This document shows positions 9,958-19,725 of a stretch of 20,000 nt of DNA, piece by piece. The position numbers were made by a program, and so were the translations under genes. The stretch's first letter is position 1. The number at the start of each line of letters is the position of its first letter. The stretch covers positions 169,092 through 189,091 of the forward strand of contig JABVCE010000041.1 in NCBI GenBank assembly GCA_014905635.1, given 5' to 3'. Below the pieces are notes generated by a model. It worked only from the letters and a program-made list of their open reading frames with translations. It searched no databases and was not told the origin of the DNA. This DNA is from Scenedesmus sp. PABB004. Its lineage: Eukaryota.

Positions 9958-12889
9958 ATGGCTCTGGCGCCGCGCCGGGCTCTGGCGCTCCTGGCAGGCG
10001 TTCTGCTGTCGCTGCTCAGCAGCGGCGCGGCGGCACCGCAGGCGCCGTTCGTGGTGGAGTACGAGCCGAGCGCGGCCGCCGCCGTGCGCGGCGCGCTGCA
10101 GGCGCAGGGCTTCCGCGTGCTGCGCGACCACCGCGACTTCAACCGACTCGTCGTCGCGGCCGGCGCGGCAGCGGCCACCGCGTCCACGGCCAGCGGCGCG
10201 GCCGGCGCCGACCTGGAGGGCCAGCTCGCGGGCGTGCCGGGCGTGGCGGGCGTGGCGCGCGCCGGCGTGCGCAGCCTGTTCCCGCAGCCCGTCGTGGCGG
10301 CCAGCCCCGCGCCGGGCAACGCCAGCGAGCAGTGCAGCGCGGACGACGGCAAGCTCGGCCCCGACGCCGACCTCGCGCGCGAGGGCGAGGGCACGCCGTA
10401 CGGCATCAAGCTGGTGCAGGCGGACGACCCGGTCATGGTTGACATCAGCCGGCGCCACGCGGGCAAGGTGCTCTTCTGCGTCATTGACACGTGAGCGTGG
10501 TGGCGGCGGCGGCCACGGCGGCGCGGGAAGGGGCGGTGGGGGCGCGGGGGTGGCGCGCGGGGAGCAAGGGGGCCCGGGGGCTGCCACGGCGTGCACTCGA
10601 CCGCCCCCCCCCCCCCCCTGCTCTGCTCCTGCCCCGGTGCCCCGGCGCGCAGCGGGCTGGACCGCACCAACAAGGACTTCCCCGCGACCGTGTCGGGCTG
10701 CACCCCCGGCTACCCCAACGGCGACGTGACCGCGCCGTTCAACTACTGCTACCCCTGGGCCGAGGACAGCAACCGCCACGGCACCCACACCTCGGGTGGG
10801 CGCCACCGCCGCGCCACAGCAGCCGCGGCCGCGCCGGCCCCTAGGGTGCGCGCCACGGCTGACCGCGCCGCCCGCTGGCCGCGGAGCAGGCACAATCGGC
10901 GCGGTGCGCAACGGCGTGGGCGTGGTGGGCGTGTCTGCCGAGGGTGCAGCGATCTATCACTACAACTTCTTTGGCCCCAACAGTGAGCCCGCGCAGCGCA
11001 GCGCCGCGGCACCCCACCCGCTGCCGCCGCTCAACCCCCGCCACGGCCGCCGCCCGCCGCGCCTCCGTGCCCGCAGTGGACGCCAGCGACGACCTCGAGG
11101 TGGAGGCCTGGCGGCACTGCATCGCAGAGCTCGACGCGTGAGCCGCGCGGGCGGGCCGCACGACGCGCCCGCCCCCACGCGTGCGGACGGCGCCGGCGCC
11201 GGCGGCGGCGGCGGCAGCGCCCGCCCTCGGCGCTCAGACAGCCACGCGGGCCCGCGCTCCACCCCCCGCCCCGCGCGTGCCGCAGGCGCCGCGCGTCGAG
11301 CGGCGTGCCTGACATGAAGCTCGTCATCTCCATGAGCTACGGCAGCGCCGCGGACACCGAGTTCAGCCGCTCCGCGATCAAGGCCCTCGCGGCGGCGCGG
11401 CGCGACGTGCTGTGGGTCGCCGCGGCGGGCAACAGCGGCGACAACTCCACGCACTTCCCCGCGGGCTACGACGAGGTCATCAGCGTCGCCGCGGTCAACT
11501 GGGACGGCGCCGTCGCAGACTTTTCGACCTTCAACGCCGACGTGGAGCTCGCGGGGCCGGGCGTGATGACGCTGAGCACCATCCCCCTCGCCATGAGCAA
11601 CGCGTCCGAGTACCACGCGCGGCCCTACGCCGCCGACGTGCTGTCCGTGTCGCCGCAGCTGCCCGCCGTGGCCAGCGACGGCGGGTTCTTCAACCGCCCC
11701 GCCGTGGCGCGCGTCGAGGGCGCGCCGGCGGGCACGCTCACCGCGGAGCTCGTGGCGTGCGGGCTCGCGCAGGAGCCGTGCGCCGGCGCGGCGGGCAAGG
11801 TCTGCCTCATCCAGCGCGGCAACAACACCTTCTGCGACAAGGCGCGGCCCGCCCCGCGGCGGGCCAGGGCGCGCCGCCGCGCGGGCGTGGGGCCGCCGCG
11901 CCGGACCGAGCCGACCCGCGCCGCGGCCCCGTCCGCCGGCGCCGCGCGCAGGTGGTCAACTGCGCTGCCGGCGGCGGGGTGGGCGCCATCATCTACAACC
12001 GCGACGACGTGCCCGACTGCGAGCGCCTGGCGGGCGTGTCCCTCGGCCTCTGCGACGCCGACGCCCGCCCGCCTGCGGGCTGGCCGCTCGCGGTCACGGT
12101 GACCGCGCGGCAGGGCGCCGCACTGCGGGCCGCCATCGACGCGGGCACGGGGCCGGTCAGCGCCACGCTGCGCGTGACGGACGTGCCGCCGCAGCCGGAG
12201 ATCGGGCTGGACCTGCTCAGCGGCACCAGCATGGTGCGCGCCCGCGCGCGCCCGGCAGCGACCCGCCGCCCAGCCGCCGCGGTCGGCCGGCCCCGCCACC
12301 GCCACCGCCGCCGCGCCGCACTGCCCGCTGGGGCCCGCAGGCCTGCCCCACCGTCGCTGGCGTGGCCGGCCTGGTCTGGAGCGCGCACACCGAGTGCAGC
12401 TCGGCCGAGATCCGGCGCGCGCTGCAGGCCACGGCGTACAAGCCGGCCGGCCCGGCCGCCGGCGCGAGCGGCGCGGGCGAGCGCGACGAGCACTTCGGCT
12501 ACGGCATCGTCCAGGCGCGCGCGGCGCACGAGTGGCTGCTCGCCAACCCCTGCGCCGCCGAGGGCGGCGTGCAGGTCGCGCTGCGCTTCACCACGGTCGG
12601 CGCGCCGGCGACCGGGGACGTGGCCAGCGCAATCGGCGTGCGCGTCGAGGTCACCGATGGCGCGACCGGCTCCCCGGTCGCCGGCCAGCGCGTGGCGCTG
12701 CTGGTCGAGCCCAGCCGCAAGGCCGTCGCGTGCCGGTCCTACGCGCTGACCACCAACACCGCCGGCGTGGCCACCACCAGCTGCACCCTGGCCGAACCGG
12801 CCTCGGCCAAGATTACGGCGCGCGCGGTCGGCGGCATCGCGCGCGGCGCGTCGGCAGTCGGCACCGTGCCCGCGGCGGCTGGGCGGTGA
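9958..12889 (+). CDS. Secreted subtilisin-like serine protease (S8A) with prodomain, PA insert and C-terminal Ig-like domain
   Basis: Exons (+): 9958-10490, 10653-10795, 10890-10982, 11077-11137, 11286-11841, 11952-12233, 12341-12889. Signal peptide; catalytic Asp (FCVIDTG), His (HGTHTSGTI), oxyanion Asn (AAAGNSG), Ser (SGTSMACPTVAG); PA domain CLIQRGNNTFCDKVVNCAAGGGVGAIIYN; RDEHFGYGIVQA. Confidence 0.92.
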
Positions 12890-13259
12890 GAGCGAGCGTG
12901 AGCGCAGCCCTGCATAAGGGCGACGCTGATGGGCTGAATTGGGCGTGAGGGAGTGGGGCGCTGGCCGGTGCTGTGCAAGCACCTGGGCAGTGCGGCGAGT
13001 GCGGCGAGTGCGCACCGCGTCGCACGAGCAGCGGGCGGCCGTCACGACGGGTGACCCACCTCCTCCTCCCGCTGCTCGTCGCCCGACGCGCTTCCCGAGC
13101 TCCGCCGCGATCGACTCCGTGCGCGCCGGCGCAGCCCGACCCCGCTCGGGCGCTGCAGGGAGCGAAACTGCCAGCAACCGCTGCCGCCGTCCTCGCCAGC
13201 TGGCGCGCGGGCGGTGCCAGCGATGCTGGCTCTGGAGCCAGTAGAGTAGCTGAAACGCC

Positions 13260-16200
13260 ATGCTCGTGCAACGGCAGCGCCCGGGGTGGCGCACTGCAGC
13301 GCCGGCGGCTCGGTGCCAGCTTCTGCTGCTCGTTGTGCTGCTGCTGCGCCGCGCCAGTGGCCTTGAGTTCGAGATCCGGGTCCCGCCGGGAGTGCAGACG
13401 AAGGGGGAGGACGCCTACGTCTGCACCACGCTGCAGCTCCCCGACGACCGCCCGCTGAAGCTGGTCGGCGTGGAGCCGCTGGCGCACGCGTCGGTCGTGC
13501 ACCACATCCTGCTCTTCGGTGCGCGCGCCGCCGCCCGCCGCTGCAGCCTGCTGCCGCTGGCCTGCAGTCTGCCGCCGGCAGCCGGCCGGCGGCTGCAGCC
13601 TGCTGCCACCGGCAGCCGGCTGCAGCCCCGCGCGCGCGTGGCTGAGCGCGCGCCGCCCGTGGGCGCAGGCTGCGACGTGCCGTATGTGCAGCCCAAGCCC
13701 GGCGAGCAGGCGGCGTGGGACTGCCGTTCGGCGCCCACGTGCGGCGGCGCGGCCGAGACGGTGCTTTATGGCTGGGGCTCCAACGCGCCGCGCCTGGACC
13801 TGCCCGCGGGCGTGGGCTTCAGCGTCGGCGCGGGCAGCGCCGTGACGTGGGTGGTGGCTCAGTTCCACTACCTCGCCGAGCGCCCGCCCGGCGACGCGTC
13901 CGGCGTGCGCCTCAAGTGAGCGGCCGCCGCGCACGGGCGATCGCCGGCGGCGGGCACCGGCCGCCGCAGCGCCGACGCCCCGCCCTCCGCCGCGCGCGCG
14001 CAGCCTGCAGGACGCACCGCTGCCGTTCAGCGGTGGGCTGCTGTCCTTTGCGAGCCGCTTCACCATCCCGCCGCGCAAGGCGCACCACGTGGTGTCCATT
14101 GACTGCTGCTACCGGGGCTTCCAGCCCCTCACCAGCTTTGCCGTGCGCGTGCACACGCACACGCTGGGCCGTGCCGTGTTCATGACCAAGGCTCACGCCG
14201 CGCCGGGAGGTGCGCGCATGCGGGCGACGCGGGGCTCGGGGCTGCCCGCGCGGCGGGCCAACCCCACCCTCCCTGCCGCCCGCCCGGCAGGCCACGGGCA
14301 CGTCGTCGCCGCGGCGGACCCCCAGCAGCCCCAGGGCTTCCACCCTGTCGCGTCGGCCGTGCTCTGGCCGGGCGAAAGGCTGACCGTGGCTTGCGACTTT
14401 GACTCCAGCGACATGGCGGCCCCCGTGTCGGCAGGGCCGACCCACGCACACGAGATGTGCAACATGTGAGGCTGGGGAGGGGGGGGGGGGGGCTCAGCCC
14501 CAGCTTCGCGCGAGCCCTAGCCTACCGACCCGCCGCACACCGCCGCACACCGCTGCACACCGACGCGCCACGCGCCGCCGCCCCCCCCCCCCAGGTACCT
14601 CATGGTCTACGGCGCGCTGCCGCACAGCGAGATGTGCGACGACGGCGCGTCGCTCGCGGACGAGGCGGCGCCGGGCAACATGCGCCGCGCGTCGGTGCTG
14701 CTGCCAGACCCCTTTGTGCTCTGGGCGCCGCCCGCGCCCAGCACGCTCCTCAACCAGGTGCGCCGCGGCGGCCGCCGCCGCGCCTGCGCCGCGGCGCTGC
14801 GCGCCCCTGCCACGGCGCGGCCCCCGCTCGGTCAGGCTCAGGCCCGACCCGGCGCCGCTCGTGCCCCCGCCGCCGCCGCCGTCGTGCAGAGCGCGGTGGG
14901 CAGCGCAGCGTCCGTGGCGGTCGGCCCGGACGGCACGCTGTGGGCGCTGTTCCGCGGCGACCGCGTGTGGGCGGGTCACACGTTTGACGCGGACGACCGC
15001 GTGCTCTACAAGGACGCGCTGCGCGGCGACGTGGTGGTGCAGATGCACGCAGACACGGGTGCGCGGCTGCGGGGGCGCGGCCGGCGGCAGGGCGCCGCGG
15101 CCGCCCAGCGGCGGCCGGCTGACGCGGCGTGCTGCCGCTGCACCTGCAGGCAAGGTGCTGCGCCACTGGGGCGGCGGCGTGTTTGTGCTGCCCCACGCGC
15201 TGGCGGTGGACCGCAACAACAGCGTGTGGGTCGTCGACGCGGGGCGGCACCAGGTGCTCAAGTTCTCCGCCAGCGGGCAGCTCGAGCTGGCGGTCGGCAA
15301 GGCCTTCAACCCTAGCAATGCGCGCTCCCTCTGCAAGCCCCGCGACGTGCGTTGCGCAAAGCCGCGGCGGCGGGGCCGGCGGCGGTGTGCGCTTTGGGGG
15401 GCAACCCCAGGCGCTCAGCCCGGCCATCGCTCAGCCCAGCCGCTGCCGCCACGCCGCAGGTGGCGGTGCTGAACGACGGCGGCTTTCTGGTCAGCGACGG
15501 CTGCAGCCCGCGCGTGGTGCGCTTCAACGCGGACGGCTCGCAGCACAGCGAGCTTGCGGTGCCCGCGGGGCGCGGCGCCGCGCCCGTGCTGCACAGCCTG
15601 GTCTTGGACGAGTGCGACGGCCTGGTCGAGGTGGCGGACAGCGCCAACGCGCGCGTTCATCGCCTGCACCTGCCGACCGGCCGCCTCAAGAGTGAGTTGG
15701 CTGCCCCACGCCGACCGGACCTCAGGGGGTGCGCCCCGGGCTTGTGCGCTGACGGGCCCACGCCGCACTGCGCGCGCCGCGCAGGCACGGTCCAGCTGCA
15801 GGAGCACGGCAGCGTGCGCGCGCTCGCCAAGGGCCCGTACGGGCGCACGATCGCGCTCGTGACGGTGCGCGAGGGCGAGGACGCGGCGCTCGTGGACGTG
15901 GGCGCCCCGGACATCAGCTGGCGGCTGCCAAACAGCAGCGCCCTGGCGCCGCACGACCTCGCGCTCGGCGCGGCGGCGCTGCCGCTCACGGGCGCGGGCG
16001 ACCGGCTGCTCGCGGTCACGCTCGCGGCGCTGTGCCCTGGCTGCGGCCCGCTCGCCAAGTACGTGCTGGTGCCCAGCAGCTTTGAGCCCGAGGCTGCCAA
16101 CGCCGCGTTGGCACCGCCTGCAGCTGCCGGCGCCGCGCGGCCCGCGCTCGCGCACCGGCATGCCGACGGCGCCGACGCGGGCGCCGGCGGCGTGCATGCG

Positions 16201-16629
16201 GGGGCGGCGGACGACGCGGCCGACGACGCGTCGGTGGAGGCGCGGGAGGCGGCCGCCGACGCGGAGGAGGCCGCGGCAATGGCCGACCCGGAGCTCGCGG
16301 CGCGACTGCGCGAACGGCTGGCGCACGTGCGAGCAGAGCTGGCCGCCGCGCGCGCGGGCGACGGCGCAGAGGCGGAAGCGTTCCGCACCCTGCGCCCGGG
16401 GCCGCGCCAGGCACGCAGCGCCGGCGGCGCTTTGGCCGCACTCGTGGCGGTGAGCGTCGCGCTCGGGCTGGCTGCAGGCGCGCTGGCCATGAGCGCCCTG
16501 CAGCGGCACGCGCTGGCACCGGGGGGCGCGACTGGACAGGAACGGGAACCGCCGTTGTCTGTTGGCGGCGGCGACGCTGCGGCGCGCGCGGACGAGGGCG
16601 TGCGCCTGCTTGACGGCGGCCGGGTATGA
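13260..16629 (+). CDS. PAM: Bifunctional peptidylglycine alpha-amidating monooxygenase (PHM + PAL-like domains, TM anchor, cytosolic tail)
   Basis: Exons (+): 13260-13518, 13669-13915, 14004-14209, 14291-14465, 14595-14757, 14890-15058, 15150-15346, 15460-15691, 15785-16629. PHM Cu ligands VVHHILLF, AQFHY, RVHTHTLG, HEMCNMY, plus DAYVC and PQQPQGFHP. PAL beta-propeller motifs FRGDRVW, LPHALAVD, CKPRDVAV, LHSLVL, APHDL. TM ALAALVAVSVALGLAAGALAM. Confidence 0.93.
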
Positions 16630-17774
16630 CAGGGCGACTCGTTGTGGCGTCATCTTCCGCCGCCTGCTCGCGGCCGCGCGCGTCAGCCCCCGGGGCGAGG
16701 CGGCCGCGCCGGCGCGCAGCAGGCGCCGGCGGCGAGAGTACTAATCCCTTTGTTTGAGGCTCTGCCTTGCGTGCTGCTTTGCTCGGTCGTGCTGCTCCGT
16801 CATGCGCCACTTCCCACGCGGCACCTTGTGCTGCACCCTCCCCCCTCCTGCTGAGCAGTGCTGTCTTTGTTGCCAATGGACTGCCTTGGGCTGCCCGCGC
16901 GCGCGGCGCGGCGCTGAAAAGACAAAGATAGTTACACCACAGCTGAAAAGCACCCCTGCGCCTGACTGCTGCTCTGTGTATCGCTGCGCGCCGCGCAGTC
17001 ATCTGGCCCAGGTGACTCTGGGTCGCCTCGCGCATGGCGCGCATCCGGCCTCTGTGCGAGGCTGCTTGCACGCGCTGCCGGCGCCGCTGCACGCCTCTGC
17101 CGCGCAGCGCCAGCTGGTTAGGGCCGGCGCTGCCCGGGCCGCCCACCGCAGGGCAACGGGCCTTGCTCGGCCCGCCGCCTGGCTTGTGCGCGTGTGTTGT
17201 TCTTGTTGCAGCCTGACTGCGTCGCATACCGCAGCTTGCGCGCCCCGAGCAGGCCGTTGCGTCCGCGGCGCGCGGGCGAGTGTCCGAGGGTGCCGGCTGC
17301 CAAGCTGGGAGGCCCCGGCTCGCCTGGCTTGGCAGCGGCGCTGTGGCGGCACGCGCCAGACCCGCGCGCTTGCCGCACACATTGCCTGAGCGGTCGCGAC
17401 ATTGGCGCGAGAGTGCGGCGGCCGCTCCCGCGCCGTCGACTGAGCCTGACTGCATGCGGTGTGGACCGGCTCGGCGCGGTGCGCCGCGCGGCCTTGCAAC
17501 CGACTGCACGCAGCAGCCGCAGCGCAAGCGCCGCGAGTTTAAGGGCCGCGCCCACCTCGCCGGGCGCCGGGGCTGAGCGAAGCGGTTCACGCGCGCCACC
17601 TGCCGCCGCCGCGGGCTGAGCGCAAAGGGAGCAGCCCCCGGGGCGCTTTGGCAGCCGCACACTGCTGCCCACCGCCCACGCGCGCAGCGCCGCCCGCCGT
17701 TTCGCACCCGCCGCCAGCGACCGCCCGACCCGCCGCGGCCCGCAGTCCACGTCGCGAGCCCCGCCCGCGCTGCG

Positions 17775-18397
17775 ATGGCCTCTCGCTCCGCAATCCGCGC
17801 CCTCGTGGCGCTGCTGGCGCTGGCGGGGGCCCACGGCGCCGCCGCGGGCGCCGCGCGCTTTGGCGCTGCCGGCGAGGCGCCGGTGCCCCGCCGGCTGCTC
17901 GGCGGGCTCTGGGAGTGAGCGGGGCATGGGGAGGGCTCACACCAGCGCCGGCGCGCCCGCCGAGGGCCCGCAGCGGCGGCGGCGGCGCATTGCAGCGCAG
18001 CGACGGCGCCGACCGAGAGCGTTCGCCCGCCGCTCGCAGGAAGTTCCACGCGCCCGCGCCCGCGCCGGCACCCGCGCCGGCGCCGATCATCATCATCACG
18101 CCCCCCGCGCAGCAGCAGGTCGTGGCGGCCCAGCCGGTCGTGGCCGCGCAGCCGGTCGTCGCCGCGCAGCCGGTCGTGGCCGCGCAGCCGGTCGTGGCGG
18201 CCCAGCCGGTCGTGGCCGCGCAGCCGGTCGTCGCCGCGCAGCCGGTCGTGGCCGCGCAGCCCGTCGTGGCCGCGCAGCCCGTCGTGGCCGCGCAGCCCGT
18301 CGTGGCGGCCCAGCCGGTGACGGTCAACACGCAGGTGAAGCAGACCAACATCCAGCTCGGCGGCGGTGGCGGCCAGGCGCACCCGTTCTTTGGCTGA
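17775..18397 (+). CDS. Small secreted repeat protein / putative amidated-peptide precursor (165 aa)
   Basis: Exons 17775-17914 and 18040-18397 (GA|GTGAGC...CGCAG|G, phase consistent). MASRSAIRALVALLALAGAHG signal, RRLL, (AP)6, QQVVAA+(QPVVAA)10, ending GGGGGQAHPFFG-stop. Confidence 0.8.
18113..18310 (+). repeat. Coding 18-bp tandem repeat x11 encoding (Q[Q/P]VVAA)
   Basis: Unit CAGCCGGTCGTGGCCGCG; the ten QPVVAA copies differ only at synonymous positions. Confidence 0.95.
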
Positions 18398-18581
18398 GCG
18401 GCAGCGCGCGAGGCGGGCGGCTGGCGCGGCCGGTGTGGTGGCCAGAGTTGCACCTGCGGCGCGGGGGGGGGGGGGGGGCGGGTGAGCAAGACCACCGGCG
18501 CGCCGGCCAGGCGGCGCTGCGGCCGCGCCCTGCAACCGAGCGGTTGCTCCTGGGCACCCGCGCCCGCACCTCCGCGCGCGC

Positions 18582-19725
18582 TCAGAAGCCGTCCGTTGCG
18601 AGCAGGGCGTGCAAGGCCTCGACCACGCGCTGCCCCGCGAGGTCGAGGCTGGGGTCGGCGACCTTGGCCGCCAGCAGCGAGGCGACCGCGGCGCGCAGGT
18701 GCTTGATGAGCACGCCGACGCGCGCGGGCGCCTTGAACTTGGCCCACCCGTCCAGCAGCAGCAGGCCCTGGTCGTGCAGCACCTCCAGCTCCCCGCCAAA
18801 CGCGAGCAGCGACCACACCGGGACCATGCTCACCTCGCGCGCAAACGCGCGGCTCGTCTCCACGAGCTGCGAGTACACCAGCCAGCTTGCGCGCCGCGGG
18901 GTCAAGGGGGGATGGGTCGGAGGCGGCCTCGCCGGCGCGAACAGCGCCGCGCACGGCGCCGCGCACGGCGCCTGCGCGCCGCGCACCCGAGCTGTAGCTG
19001 CCCGCGGTGAAGCACACGCTCGCGGGGTGCACCCACACGCGGCCGAGGGCGCGCTCAAAGAGCTTGATCGACCCCGGGTCCGCCTCCACGCGCGCCGCGC
19101 CGCCCGCGACCTGCGTGTACTTGACCGGCGCCTCGACGCGCAGCACGCGCGGGTAGAAGCCTGGGGGGGGGGGGGGGGTGAGCAGGCGGCAAGCAGCGCG
19201 TGCGGCGACGCCAGCGCGTGCGGCGATACCAAGCGCGTGCCGCGACGCCAGCGCGGCGGCTGCCCCGCTCCCTCCGATTGACCCGGCGCACCCGCGGCGA
19301 GGGCGGCCTTGACGATGCGCGCGTTGTGGCTGAACTCGTCCGGCGCGCCCCGCGCCACCGCGGCGCGGCCGTACGACGCCGCGCCCGGCGGCGCGCCCGC
19401 GGCGGCGTCGTCGCGCGACGGGCCGCCCTGCTGGCGCGCGCGCAGGTGGTCGACGTACCAGTCGGGCAGGAAGCCGCGCCCCGCCAGCGTGGCGGCGTAG
19501 TCCAGGCGGCCCTTGGCGATGGCCTCCAGCACCTGCCGAGGGGGCAGGGAGGGTGTGTGTGTGTGGGGGGGGGGGGGGTCGAGGTGAGCGCGCGGTGGCG
19601 GTAGCGAGGCGGCCCACAGGGTGTGGGCCCCGCCCGCCCGCCCGCCCGCTCGCCCGCCCGCCCGCCCCGCGCGCCGCTGGCCCACCTGCTCCGACACAAA
19701 GTTGGCCTGCGCAAACTCCCGCCCC
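18582..19725 (-). pseudogene. 3' fragment of a DExH/DEAH-box RNA helicase (DHX57/DHX36-like; HA2 end + OB-fold), 5'-truncated by the telomere
   Basis: Exons (-): 19725-19686, 19532-19292, 19160-18987, 18886-18582. REFAQANFVSEQVLEAIAKGR, IVKAALAAGFYPRV, RVWVHPASVCF, WLVYSQLVETSRAFAREVSMVPVWSLLAFGG, LDGWAKF are typical DHX C-terminal motifs. No RecA core or start codon before the telomere repeats. Confidence 0.8.

Noticed and set aside
14480..14592. Poly-G / poly-C runs (also ~6300, 10604, 18463, 19163, 19565) as special elements
   Set aside because: Ordinary intronic or UTR homopolymers, often serving as C-rich pyrimidine tracts before acceptors.
13260..14757. Dopamine beta-monooxygenase/MOXD1 assignment
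   Set aside because: No DOMON domain; PHM-specific motifs followed by a PAL propeller and TM identify PAM.
18113..18310. Antisense readings (CAATTG)n / (GHDRLR)n as a repeat protein, or a CRISPR-like array
   Set aside because: Variation is synonymous only in the + QPVVAA frame, and there are no unique spacers.
16016..18799. 927-aa and other very long ORFs (3628-5418, 5611-7692, 8133-9677, 17587-19617)
   Set aside because: Arg/Ala/Pro-rich shadow frames or intron read-through caused by stop-codon scarcity at very high GC; spliced models explain the real coding segments.
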